Translations under genes and position numbers: made by a program | Notes under the pieces: model-generated | Database searches by the model: none | What the model was told of the DNA's origin: nothing | What the model saw: only the letters and a program-made list of their open reading frames with translations | Origin: Sodaliphilus sp. | Lineage (GTDB): Bacteria > Bacillota_I > Bacilli_A > RFN20 > CAG-826 | Length of the DNA stretch: 64,000 nt | Assembly: GCA_963643355.1 (NCBI GenBank) | Contig: CAVIJE010000001.1 | Span: 48,378-112,377, forward strand | Direction of reading: 5' to 3' | In this document: positions 10,212-19,485 of the stretch, piece by piece | How the letters are laid out: every line of letters begins with the position of its first letter | How positions within the stretch are numbered: position 1 is the stretch's first letter

Positions 10212-11006
10212 ATGACGATAAAAGAATACGCAGCATTTAGAAAAGAACAATTAAAAGAAGAAATTGAAAAAATGGAGACAAAGCCAATCCTATCAATCAT
10301 TACGGTTGGTGATGATCCAGCATCTGAAGCTTATGTTCGTGGCAAAAAGAAGGATGCAGCAGAAGTGGGCATTCAAGCGCTTCATACCGTATTCCCATCT
10401 GATGTCTCAGAAGATGAAGTTTTAGAATTAATCAACAAACAAAACAATGATTCTTCGATTAAAGGGATAATTGTTCAGTTGCCTTTGCCAAAACATATCT
10501 CCGTAAAGAAAATAAACGAAACGATTTCTCCTAAGAAAGACGTTGATGGTTTTACGCTCGGAAGTCATTTCGACCCTTGCACGCCAAAAGGAATCATTAA
10601 TTATTTAACTCATGAGGGGTTTTCTTTTGAAGGAAAGAATGCAGTAGTTGTAGGGCGTTCAGAGATTGTCGGAAAACCAATGGCTAGAATGCTATTAGAG
10701 AAAAACTGCAACGTTGTTCAATTACATTCAAGAACTTCTAGAGAAGACAAAGAATTTTATTTCGCTCATGCCGACCTTATTGTTTCAGCAATTGGAAGAA
10801 TGTTTATCTGGGATGAAACATATTCCTATAAAAATGATGCATATTTGATTGACGTCGGAATAAATAGAGGAGAGGACGGACATTTGCACGGAGATTTCGT
10901 TCCTAATCTACCTGTTAAATATCAAAGCCCAGTTCCTGGAGGAGTCGGTTTGCTTACTCGCTTAGCTCTCCTTGAAAACCTCTTTGAAGCAGCAAAAGCA
11001 AATTAA
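10212..11006 (+). CDS. folD: bifunctional methylenetetrahydrofolate dehydrogenase/cyclohydrolase
   Basis: 264 aa with the FolD YVRGK motif (EAYVRGKKK) and a C-terminal PGGVGL motif. Confidence 0.9.
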   Translation: MTIKEYAAFRKEQLKEEIEKMETKPILSIITVGDDPASEAYVRGKKKDAAEVGIQALHTVFPSDVSEDEVLELINKQNNDSSIKGIIVQLPLPKHISVKKINETISPKKDVDGFTLGSHFDPCTPKGIINYLTHEGFSFEGKNAVVVGRSEIVGKPMARMLLEKNCNVVQLHSRTSREDKEFYFAHADLIVSAIGRMFIWDETYSYKNDAYLIDVGINRGEDGHLHGDFVPNLPVKYQSPVPGGVGLLTRLALLENLFEAAKAN

Positions 11007-11059
11007 AATATCCAAAAATCACTAATAAAACCCACTTATTTTTAAAAAATAGGCAAAAG

Positions 11060-11087
11060 AAAACCGTGTTGCGATAACACGGTTTTT
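11060..11087. terminator. bidirectional intrinsic terminator
   Basis: AAAACCGTGTTGCGATAACACGGTTTTT hairpin between convergent genes. Confidence 0.6.
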
Positions 11088-11104
11088 CACTATCATTTCA
11101 GAGA

Positions 11105-12004
11105 TTAATTGTTTTTCTCTTCTTGAGTATCGGCATCAACAACTTCTGGATTATCGACGACTTCTGTGTTGTCATCTTCTTTGCTCTCTTCAGAAGCTTC
11201 TTTTGCGGTTGCCTTTAAACGACGAGCTTTAACAATTTCTAAGACTGTGATTATAGCCATAGCAATGCCAGCTAATACAAGAATGACGCCCAAAATGATT
11301 AAAGCAATCATACTTGTTAAATCCGTGTTGCCAGCTAAGACGCAAAGAACAACGATTCCTAAAGCGATAAGAGCGGCACCAAAAACGATTTCAATAATTG
11401 GAAGATAAATCTTATAAAGTTTAGAAATGATAAACCCAACAGCGAATAACGCTAAGCTAAGACCGGCAATGATAAGTAGAACGCCAGCGAAAACGGCTAA
11501 GAATGTTGTTATAACTCCAACCGTTTCATTTAGACTTCCATTCATTTTGTTATAGGCGACAATGATTGCAACGCCAGCAGCTAATTCAATCGTTCCGCCG
11601 ATCACTAAATCATAAGATAATTTCGATTTAATAGCCGCCTTAACGGTTGCATCAACGATATTTTTTCCAATGACTGGTAAGAAATTAACGATGATTTTTA
11701 ATGCACCACCAATAATCAAGAAAATTCCGGCAATCAAAATGATTGTGGAGATGACTTGAGTATAAGATACATCGCTATTTTTGCTCTCTGCTTGCGCAAT
11801 GAAGACGAAACAAACAACACCAAGAGCAAAAATCAATGCAGCTTCTAAGAAATTCCAAATAGACCAAATAAGACCGCCCTTAGATGTGTCTATAACGTGT
11901 TTTTCTTTTTTAACTTTGGCTTCTTTGACCTCTGTTTCGGCATTTTCAGAAGAAGGTTCGTCTTTGTTTTCTTCTTCCTTTCTGGTTAATTCTTTTTCTT
12001 CCAT
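11105..12004 (-). CDS. hypothetical multi-pass membrane protein with acidic/Lys-rich termini
   Basis: 299 aa. The hydrophobic core is repetitive and both termini are charged. I recognise no family. Confidence 0.5.
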   Translation of the reverse strand: MEEKELTRKEEENKDEPSSENAETEVKEAKVKKEKHVIDTSKGGLIWSIWNFLEAALIFALGVVCFVFIAQAESKNSDVSYTQVISTIILIAGIFLIIGGALKIIVNFLPVIGKNIVDATVKAAIKSKLSYDLVIGGTIELAAGVAIIVAYNKMNGSLNETVGVITTFLAVFAGVLLIIAGLSLALFAVGFIISKLYKIYLPIIEIVFGAALIALGIVVLCVLAGNTDLTSMIALIILGVILVLAGIAMAIITVLEIVKARRLKATAKEASEESKEDDNTEVVDNPEVVDADTQEEKNN

Positions 12005-12046
12005 GAATTAATCCTCCTTAAGCAAAGAAAATAATACATTATTTTT

Positions 12047-12376
12047 TCAAAGATAGTTACTAAATTCACTCTCAAGAGTAACACTTGTTAAACACCTAAA
12101 TGGTATTTCTACATTTTCGATGGCGATGTATCTCTCTAAAGTTGATATTGAACCAATTCTTCCATGAATTGTGTAGATATAGCCGTTTTGCCAGTATTTG
12201 ACGATCAACATCTCATCGTAATGATTGGTGAGGATTTCGTTTATCTCTTCCGCTTTATCTGAAGATATTTGCGGGCAGGGGATCTTATTTCTTTCATATT
12301 CAAGTCTCGCTAAAAAATCGGCTTGTTTCTCTAACGATTTATATGGCGCCCATTTAAGCTTTCCACGATCATTCAT
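12047..12376 (-). CDS. YolD-like protein (UmuD-like accessory of Y-family polymerases in Firmicutes)
   Basis: 109 aa. It overlaps, and is translationally coupled to, the upstream Y-family polymerase, the same arrangement as B. subtilis yqjW-yqjX and uvrX-yolD. Length and sequence character fit the YolD family. Confidence 0.55.
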   Translation of the reverse strand: MNDRGKLKWAPYKSLEKQADFLARLEYERNKIPCPQISSDKAEEINEILTNHYDEMLIVKYWQNGYIYTIHGRIGSISTLERYIAIENVEIPFRCLTSVTLESEFSNYL

Positions 12377-13608
12377 TCTCTATGTCCTCCTATTTGTGTA
12401 TGTCTTGTTTTTATGGTCGAATTTTTAAGCAGGGATGAACAGCGAAGAACGCTATTACGACCATACGCATCCCTTATTTTGTCTAAAGTAACGTTCAAAT
12501 CCCTTTCTTTTTTTAAAGATTCTGGATCTCTTAAAAAAGATGACTGAAGTAAAGAAGAAGTAGTTAGATTTCCATAGGATATTCCAAGTGCATATATATC
12601 TTCCGTACCGATATGGTCATAGAAGGCCTCTCTAATATATTCAAAGAGCTCACTTGGCGATTCGCTTGGATAGGGTAAGGAATATTCTTTGCTATATACA
12701 CTTGTTTTCCTTGAAGCCCATACGCCAACCTTTTTTGCTAAATAACCGTTTCTTCTTAAACGTTCGGATAAATCATCGTTCATCTCTCTTAATAGCAATT
12801 CACAATCCTTCACCTTGTAGGGGTGAATCAATGTTTGTCCGTTAGATAACGATGGATTTATAGGTATAACCTTTTCCCTTATGTCCGACTCGTCGATGCC
12901 ATTAGCTAAGTTTTTAAGCTGAACGCCCATAATTCCGAATTCTTTTTTAAGAAGGTTTACGTCCGCTTTAGCGAGGCTTTCAATACTATTAATACCAATT
13001 CTTGCTAGATGATTTTTAGTCCCGCTAGCAATTGACCATATCTTATCGATTGGCTTTATTTTCCATAATTTCTTTTCAACGTCGTCATAAGTCCATCTAG
13101 CTAAATACGGTTCCTTCTTTTTTCCTTCTGTATCTAAAGCTATCTTCGCTAAAAACATATTCGGACCAATTCCAGCTGTTGCAACTAACCCCAATTCGTC
13201 TTTAATTTCGTTTTGGATGAGTTTGATGATTCTTTCTGCTGAGCCATATAACTTTATATATGGGCCAAGATTAAGGAAACTTTCATCGACTGAATATACG
13301 TGCAAGTCTTCAATTGAAACGTATTTTAGGAAAATAGCTACTACTTTAGTTGACATTTGAAGGTAATACGACATTCTAGGAACGGCAAATATCATATTTG
13401 GAATGTCGGGAAGATCTCTTTTCCTACAAACATTGCCTATCCCATATTTTTCCTTTAAATAAGGAGTCACGGACATAACGACCGATGATTCCGAACGATA
13501 AGGGTCGCAACAAACAAGCGGAGTCTTAAAAATATCTAGATGCCTTGCCGCACATTCGCATGAAGCGTAGAAACTTTTTAAATCAATAATCCCAACGACT
13601 TTCTCCAT
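12373..13608 (-). CDS. Y-family DNA polymerase (UmuC / DinB-like translesion polymerase)
   Basis: 411 aa. The N-terminus, VVGIIDLKSFYASCECAAR, is the Y-family IMS palm motif. The C-terminus is a little-finger domain. Confidence 0.85.
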   Translation of the reverse strand: MEKVVGIIDLKSFYASCECAARHLDIFKTPLVCCDPYRSESSVVMSVTPYLKEKYGIGNVCRKRDLPDIPNMIFAVPRMSYYLQMSTKVVAIFLKYVSIEDLHVYSVDESFLNLGPYIKLYGSAERIIKLIQNEIKDELGLVATAGIGPNMFLAKIALDTEGKKKEPYLARWTYDDVEKKLWKIKPIDKIWSIASGTKNHLARIGINSIESLAKADVNLLKKEFGIMGVQLKNLANGIDESDIREKVIPINPSLSNGQTLIHPYKVKDCELLLREMNDDLSERLRRNGYLAKKVGVWASRKTSVYSKEYSLPYPSESPSELFEYIREAFYDHIGTEDIYALGISYGNLTTSSLLQSSFLRDPESLKKERDLNVTLDKIRDAYGRNSVLRCSSLLKNSTIKTRHTQIGGHRE

Positions 13609-13933
13609 GCAATTATTAAAAGAATATTTTTTGTTCTTTTTAAGTCTTGACTTTTAAAGAGTAGAACTAATCAAATAAAAACGAAAAAAACTTTACAATT
13701 CGCCAAAAAATAAACTTATACAATGACATAAACACTAGAAAATCTTGATTTTATCGGATAAAAAAATTTAATAAAAAAATCATGAAAACGACTTTCATAA
13801 ATTTACACAGGAAAAGAAAACCAAAAAACGCTTTTATTTATCGCTGTTTTTAAACTGACATTACAATTTGCTGAATTATTTGCAAATGTTCAGTTTCATT
13901 TTTTCATTTTAAAGAATATAATTGTTCACGCCT

Positions 13934-14009
13934 GGGACATTAGCTCAGTTGGGAGAGCGTCTCGTTCGCAACGAGAAGGTCGACGGTTCGATTCCGTTAT
14001 GTTCCACCA
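13934..14009 (+). tRNA. tRNA-Ala (anticodon CGC), with the 3' CCA encoded
   Basis: Manual cloverleaf. The acceptor stem is GGGACAT/ATGTTCC with the Ala-identity G3:U70 pair. The D-arm is GCTCAGTTGGGAGAGC and the anticodon stem TCTCG/CGAGA holds loop TTCGCAA, so the anticodon is CGC. The T-arm is GACGG-TTCGATT-CCGTT. Discriminator A is followed by CCA. Confidence 0.9.
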
Positions 14010-14047
14010 AAAATTGAATATAAAAAATAATATAAATATAGAAAAAG

Positions 14048-14071
14048 AAGCGGCAATTGTGCCGCTTTTTG
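14048..14071 (+). terminator. intrinsic terminator after tRNA-Ala
   Basis: AAGCGGCAATTGTGCCGCTT hairpin plus a T-run. Confidence 0.55.
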
Positions 14072-14202
14072 TATATTCCAATAATAAATTGACTTTTAGT
14101 ATCTAAATAAATGGTTTTAGTTGAAACGAGCCGCCTTAAATATATAATAAGATTAACAGCTAAGTAATTAGATTTTCGTTTCTTTCCGAAGGGAGACAAA
14201 AA

Positions 14203-15297
14203 ATGAATAAATCATCAGCGAAAAGGGTGCCTTGGACATTGTTGTCCTTGCCATTTTTACTGTTAATTTTGTGCCCTCATAACCCAGCAACGCAAGAATT
14301 TACAATGCCATTTTGGCAAAGAGCTATAACAGATGAAAATTCTTTCGATATTTTTACTGGCAAAAAATATTTTGAGAATTTGACTAAGAAAACATTAAAT
14401 GATTCCAACTTGAAAATTGAAAACGCGAAATTTCTTCCAGTTATCGTTGATGGTGCTATCCAATATTGTTACTATTTCGATTTTGAATTTGATGATGGGT
14501 ATGCAATTTTTGATGATGAAAAAATCTATAAACGAGTTTCGTACGGGGATTATCCTTGGATATATGACCATGACATTTACTATGATTTGGAGGGTGGGTT
14601 TCTCGCCTACGACGAAGAGACTTGCTCTTTCTTGAAGGTTGATGAGACCACTGGTAAAACGTTAGGCGAAACATATAATGCTGATATTTCCGAAACTGCA
14701 TACGATAATGTTGATGGTGAAATAAAAACTGCAGAATTGCAAAACTATGTTTCTACGGTTCATCCAGAATGTGGATTGGCCAAAACTGTTTTGATGACTG
14801 ATTACGTTAAAATGTCTATGTCAATTAATAGCTTTTATACGAATCGCTATTATTACGATGGAGTTAGACAAGGGGGTTGGTATACGGAAGGCAACTGTGC
14901 ACCAAACGCAATGACTTCATTTTTATACAATCTTCCAACGGCAAAATCGCCAAGTGGCACAAGATACAATTACTGCTCTAACCTTTTAGATGGAAGAACT
15001 GTAACGAATAGATATGAATACTTTTCGAAGCACTTGGATACGTTTTCTGATTTGCTATCAGACAATATTTATCTCCTAGGTGAAAATGGCAATTATAAGT
15101 CGGAATGCAATAGCATCCCACAAGATGGAAGAAGTACAGAGTGGAAACTGAAAGAAAGTAATAATGCTACTTGGGAAAAAAGCACGGACTTATACTGGCA
15201 GGTAAGAAACGAGCCGCGCTGGTTCGACCCTAATAGAGGCTCTGTTAACAATTATTTTTGCACAAAAAGGAATTCATTGACTTTGGAGGGATGCTAA
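14203..15297 (+). CDS. secreted Cys-rich protein (9 Cys) with a possible papain-fold / C39-like peptidase motif
   Basis: 364 aa with an N-terminal signal peptide (LLSLPFLLLILC). The segment GNCAPNAMTSFLYNL resembles the catalytic-Cys segment of C39-like / BtrH-like papain-fold peptidases. It is the first gene of a three-gene coupled operon. Confidence 0.45.
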   Translation: MNKSSAKRVPWTLLSLPFLLLILCPHNPATQEFTMPFWQRAITDENSFDIFTGKKYFENLTKKTLNDSNLKIENAKFLPVIVDGAIQYCYYFDFEFDDGYAIFDDEKIYKRVSYGDYPWIYDHDIYYDLEGGFLAYDEETCSFLKVDETTGKTLGETYNADISETAYDNVDGEIKTAELQNYVSTVHPECGLAKTVLMTDYVKMSMSINSFYTNRYYYDGVRQGGWYTEGNCAPNAMTSFLYNLPTAKSPSGTRYNYCSNLLDGRTVTNRYEYFSKHLDTFSDLLSDNIYLLGENGNYKSECNSIPQDGRSTEWKLKESNNATWEKSTDLYWQVRNEPRWFDPNRGSVNNYFCTKRNSLTLEGC

Positions 15298-15975
15298 ATG
15301 AAACGTTTTAAGAAGAAAAATGCATTGTTTGTCGCGCTTGCAGCGATACTTTGCTCATGCAATAGCTCTTTAAATTCGGCTCTTGATTCGTTCACTGAAG
15401 ATGTGAGATCCACTAAGTATGAAGATGGTATAACACGGGATGCTCTTTTTGATAAACCATATTCATTGCAAAATGGCAGCATTTTACGTGTTTATGGCAT
15501 TAGTTTTAGAGACGGTTTCTTGAAACTTTCCGTGCATTTTACGAAAACGACTGATTGCAAAGCTACTAATTTTTCGGCTTATCTTGAACTGGAAGGCGCA
15601 AAAAAAGGAGGCCTTGCGTTTCACACGCTAGAAGGTGCTGAGGGCGTTATAAAACTTCCATTAGCCACTGAGCTTGACGAGGATTGGGCAACCAACTTAG
15701 AAAATGTAAATATGGATTTTTTATTTAAGATACCAGAAGATTGCATTTCCATAATACAAAATGAATACAACAAAGATAAGTACGTTGATTATTATCTTGC
15801 CACAGATTTTGGCTTAGGCCCTCGTGACTATTGGGATGATACGGATGAGGATAGTATCGCGGCGATATATAAGTCGTTTTATCAGGACATAGATGCAAAT
15901 TACTTATTAGCGGATATGAAAGGCGAAGAACTGCCATACGAATTTAAGTCTGATTACTCGATTGTTACATATTAA
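15298..15975 (+). CDS. lipoprotein of unknown function
   Basis: 225 aa with a signal peptide and lipobox (AAILCSC). Its ATG directly abuts the TAA of the upstream gene (TAAATG). Confidence 0.7.
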   Translation: MKRFKKKNALFVALAAILCSCNSSLNSALDSFTEDVRSTKYEDGITRDALFDKPYSLQNGSILRVYGISFRDGFLKLSVHFTKTTDCKATNFSAYLELEGAKKGGLAFHTLEGAEGVIKLPLATELDEDWATNLENVNMDFLFKIPEDCISIIQNEYNKDKYVDYYLATDFGLGPRDYWDDTDEDSIAAIYKSFYQDIDANYLLADMKGEELPYEFKSDYSIVTY

Positions 15976-15980
15976 GAAAT

Positions 15981-17333
15981 ATGATACACATAATTCTAGG
16001 CGAAGAAATTTTTGTTGATGGTCATACGGGTTGCTTCGCTAAAACTCAAGATGATTTGAACTTAACAGTCTCAAATTCTTTCGATTTTGATAAATACATT
16101 CCTAATTTTGATGAATATAAAACAACTTCGGTAACTTTTTGCATAAACTTTTCAAATGCCTGCAATTTAAAATGCGATTATTGTTTTAATGACAAGAAAG
16201 ATGGCGAAAGTTTAAATTTAGATGATATTTATGTCTTTCTTGATAGATGTTTCACTACCTTTCCAAATAAGGAAAAATATTTTGTTGATTTATCAGGAAA
16301 GGGCGAGCCTCTTTTGTTTTTGAAGAAGATTTTAGAAATTAAAAGATATTGCGATAACTGGTCGAATAAATTAAGGCGAGAAGTTTTGGTGCAGTTTGTG
16401 ACTAATGGAACGTTGCTTTCGAAAGAAGTCGCTGAAATTTTACAAAAGAATGGAATCCTGCTTGGTGTTTCACTAGATGGAGATGAACTAACTCACAACA
16501 AACATCGTAAAGATCCCAATGGAAATCCTACTTACAAGCAAGTTATTAACAATGTAAAAGCTATTGAACATCATGAGTATGTTGGCGCTGCTTGCACGCT
16601 AACAAAAGATGTTTTTTCTTTAAACGATTCTTTAAATGAACTTTCTAAAACTTTCAATACCGTGTCGTATAAACCAGCAAGAAATTGCTTTGAATCTTTC
16701 GATGAAGAATCTCTTAATCAATGGCTTTCTAGTTATGATGAACTTGTTAAAGCTTTAATTGAAGAATCACTAGGCGGAGATATTAGAAGAACTAAAATCT
16801 TGTTAAACGGTGAAGATTATCTTGGAAAATTCATGCATAGAGTTATCTTAAACCAAAGAACAATAGTTCGTTGCGATGCAGGATTATCAAGGTTTGCTCT
16901 AGATAAAGACGGTGCGATTTATGCTTGCCCAGCATCTTCGTTAATGGATAAATTTTCAATTGGTAAGGGTTTTGCTATTGATTTTTCAAAATCCAGAGAG
17001 ATGTTTAAGGAGCAAACAGCCAACTCTTTATGCCATGAATGCGATTTCCGCTACCTTTGTGGAGGAGAATGCCCTGTCGAAAAACATCTTTCAAATGGAG
17101 TTAATAAAATAATGTGTCGTTACAAATCTCATCTCATTTTATTAAGCATCTATTTTGCGCTTACTTTGTTTGAAAGAAATCAAAAGGCATTCTTCGAACT
17201 AAGAGATTTTTGCCTAGAAGTAAACGCTAGAAAGAAACTTGATGCTAAGTTGATGACATTTTTAGATGAAAATCCTCAATTAAGTTTCATTGAAGGAAAG
17301 AAAATCTTTGACTCATTACAAAAACGTTATTGA
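15981..17333 (+). CDS. radical SAM enzyme with a C-terminal SPASM domain (anSME / peptide-maturase family)
   Basis: 450 aa with the CX3CX2C motif CNLKCDYC near residue 60. The C-terminal auxiliary-cluster pattern is C..(gap)..C, then CHECDFRYLCGGEC (CX2CX5CX3C), then ..C. Confidence 0.85.
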   Translation: MIHIILGEEIFVDGHTGCFAKTQDDLNLTVSNSFDFDKYIPNFDEYKTTSVTFCINFSNACNLKCDYCFNDKKDGESLNLDDIYVFLDRCFTTFPNKEKYFVDLSGKGEPLLFLKKILEIKRYCDNWSNKLRREVLVQFVTNGTLLSKEVAEILQKNGILLGVSLDGDELTHNKHRKDPNGNPTYKQVINNVKAIEHHEYVGAACTLTKDVFSLNDSLNELSKTFNTVSYKPARNCFESFDEESLNQWLSSYDELVKALIEESLGGDIRRTKILLNGEDYLGKFMHRVILNQRTIVRCDAGLSRFALDKDGAIYACPASSLMDKFSIGKGFAIDFSKSREMFKEQTANSLCHECDFRYLCGGECPVEKHLSNGVNKIMCRYKSHLILLSIYFALTLFERNQKAFFELRDFCLEVNARKKLDAKLMTFLDENPQLSFIEGKKIFDSLQKRY

Positions 17334-17544
17334 CTGATAAATTGATATTTGCTTAGGAATTGCAATTAAATTTTAACAATAATTTTAGAAACAAAGGCTT
17401 TTGTTCAAAAATCGAAATATCTAAAAATACACGCTGAAACCCCAACGAAATTTATGAAATAAGCAAAATAACAGTTCATAAGAAAAAATAATTGTTGAAA
17501 TTTAAGAATTTATATGTAAAGTTTTTGTATCGGCGTCGATGAGG

Positions 17545-17806
17545 AAGAGTAATTCTTAAGATTCTGATAGAGAGTTCCGGATGGTGGAAGCGGAATAGAG
17601 GAAGAAGAATGAACATGGCCTTGGAGCTGAAAGGTGAAATTAAGTAGCCTATTCCGGGTATGCCCGTTATAGCAAATGAGTTTGATAGAACTCTCAAAGA
17701 TAAAACTAGCGATAGTTTTATGAAGTAAGGTGGTACCACGGGCAAGAATCAATTCCCGTCCTTAGTGAACATTGATTTGTTTATTAAGGACGGGATTTTA
17801 TTTTCC
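17545..17806 (+). promoter_or_regulatory. T-box leader, probably Met-specific, controlling metNIQ
   Basis: A long stem I (GAGAGTTC 17570-17577 pairs with GAACTCTC 17688-17695) contains AGAGA and a candidate specifier AUG-A at 17609-17612. The T-box sequence AAGGTGGTACCACGGG is at 17728-17743. The terminator hairpin CCCGTCCTTAG...TAAGGACGGG plus a T-run lies at 17755-17806, just before the metN SD and ATG. Confidence 0.65.
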
Positions 17807-17823
17807 CTTCCGGAAAGGATGGA

Positions 17824-18810
17824 ATGGCATTACTAGAAATTAAAAATTTAAGTAAGAAATTCGATGACAAGGTGGTGCTTAATAATGTTTCTCTTGAGAT
17901 AAATAAGGGAGACATATATGGGATTTTAGGTCTTTCAGGAGCTGGAAAATCCACTCTCGTTAGATGCATTAATTCTTTAGAGTCATTCGATGAAGGCGAA
18001 ATAATTTACGATGGAAAAATCCTTTGCTCTCCCTCTTCGCCAATTAAAAGAGACGAGAGAAGAAAATTTGGCATGATCTTCCAATCTTTCAACCTTCTTC
18101 AGCAAAAGACCGTTCTTGATAATGTCTTATTAGGACTCAAAATCAATCACGTAAAAAGAGAAGAAAGAAAAAAGATAGCCATTGAAGCCTTAAAAAAGGT
18201 CTCTCTTGAAGATAAGCTAAACGCTTACCCAAGCGAACTATCTGGCGGACAATGTCAAAGAGTTGCTATTGCTAGAGTCTTAGCCCTTAACCCCGAAGTA
18301 ATTCTCTCGGATGAGGCAACCTCGGCTCTTGATCCTGAAACAACATCTTCGATTCTCGAATTATTGAAAAAACTAAACAAGGAATATGGCCTCACAATCA
18401 TTATGATCTCACACCAGATGAACGTCATTGAACAGATATGCAATAAGGTTGCAATCATTGATAAAGCGAATATCGTTGAAGAAGGAGCGTTATCAGATGT
18501 CTTCCTCAATCCTCGTTGTGAAATTACAAAAAAATTAATTTATTCAACTAAACTCAATACGAATCTAGACACTCATAAAGTCATAAGGATTCTCTTTGAT
18601 GGAAATGTTGATCAGCCTCTAATTTCAAACATTGTTCATGATTGCAATATTCTTGTGTCAATCGTTTATGCTGACACAAAGGTTGTAGATGGCAAGGCTT
18701 ATGGACAAACGATTATACGTTGTCCTCAAGAAAGCAAAGAAGAAGAAAAGTTGAAAAAATATCTCACATTAAAGAACGTTAAGTTCGAGGAGGTCTTAGA
18801 TGAATATTGA
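17824..18810 (+). CDS. metN: methionine ABC transporter ATP-binding protein (with C-terminal NIL domain)
   Basis: Walker A (GLSGAGKST), the ABC signature (LSGGQCQRVAIARVL), Walker B, and a C-terminal NIL/ACT-like domain. Confidence 0.9.
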   Translation: MALLEIKNLSKKFDDKVVLNNVSLEINKGDIYGILGLSGAGKSTLVRCINSLESFDEGEIIYDGKILCSPSSPIKRDERRKFGMIFQSFNLLQQKTVLDNVLLGLKINHVKREERKKIAIEALKKVSLEDKLNAYPSELSGGQCQRVAIARVLALNPEVILSDEATSALDPETTSSILELLKKLNKEYGLTIIMISHQMNVIEQICNKVAIIDKANIVEEGALSDVFLNPRCEITKKLIYSTKLNTNLDTHKVIRILFDGNVDQPLISNIVHDCNILVSIVYADTKVVDGKAYGQTIIRCPQESKEEEKLKKYLTLKNVKFEEVLDEY

Positions 18811-19468
18811 TTTCCTTAAAATAACGTTAGAGACACTGGGGATGACAACCATTTCAACTATTCTTGCCTATGTAGTTGGATTGCCACTTGGAATCATTTT
18901 AAAGATCACTTCGAAAAATGGCCTCCATCCGTGCAAATGGTTAAATCTCGTTCTTGGAATACTTGTTAATTTCCTTCGTAGCGTTCCGTGCTTGATTCTT
19001 ACTGTTATTCTCTTACCGTTAAATAGGGCTCTATTAGGCAGAGGAACTGGTGCCTGGTACACGATGATCGTTCCGTTATTCTTCTCAACATTTGCTTATG
19101 TTGCAAGAAACGTCGAACAATCGTTACAGGATGTTGATAACGGTGAAATCGAAGCGGTTAAATCTATGGGCGCTTCAAATTTCCAAATAATTAAATACGT
19201 CTTGCTAACTGAAGCAAGAAGTTCGCTTCTGATCGGATTTACAATCACGATTGTAAATGTCTTGGGCTACACTTCCTTCGCCTACAACATTGGCGCAGGA
19301 GGATTAATAAGCGAAGTTTGGTCATATTACACAAGAAATACGAGCGACTTCCTAACCAGTTGGACTTTCTGGATAATGATTATCATCGTTGTAGCACTCG
19401 TTGAAATCATTCAAGAACTTGGTTTGTTCTTAGCTAAAAAAGTCGACAAAAGAAAGAAACTTAAATAA
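18800..19468 (+). CDS. metI: methionine ABC transporter permease
   Basis: 222 aa with 5 TM helices and an EAA-like loop. It overlaps the metN stop. Confidence 0.85.
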   Translation: MNIDFLKITLETLGMTTISTILAYVVGLPLGIILKITSKNGLHPCKWLNLVLGILVNFLRSVPCLILTVILLPLNRALLGRGTGAWYTMIVPLFFSTFAYVARNVEQSLQDVDNGEIEAVKSMGASNFQIIKYVLLTEARSSLLIGFTITIVNVLGYTSFAYNIGAGGLISEVWSYYTRNTSDFLTSWTFWIMIIIVVALVEIIQELGLFLAKKVDKRKKLK

Positions 19469-19485
19469 AAAGGAGAAATTAATTT

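Noticed and set aside
13945-14199. 84-aa minus-strand ORF from the track
   Set aside because: It overlaps tRNA-Ala and its terminator. Its composition is low-complexity AT-rich intergenic DNA. No RBS.
13609-14202. Considered a genomic-island or integrase site at tRNA-Ala
   Set aside because: No integrase, no excisionase, and no visible direct repeat of the tRNA 3' end downstream. I mention it only as island-like context in the findings.
17334-17820. Considered a SAM-I (S-box) riboswitch before metN
   Set aside because: The SAM-I core motifs are absent. The T-box AGGTGGTACCACGGG plus terminator are present instead.
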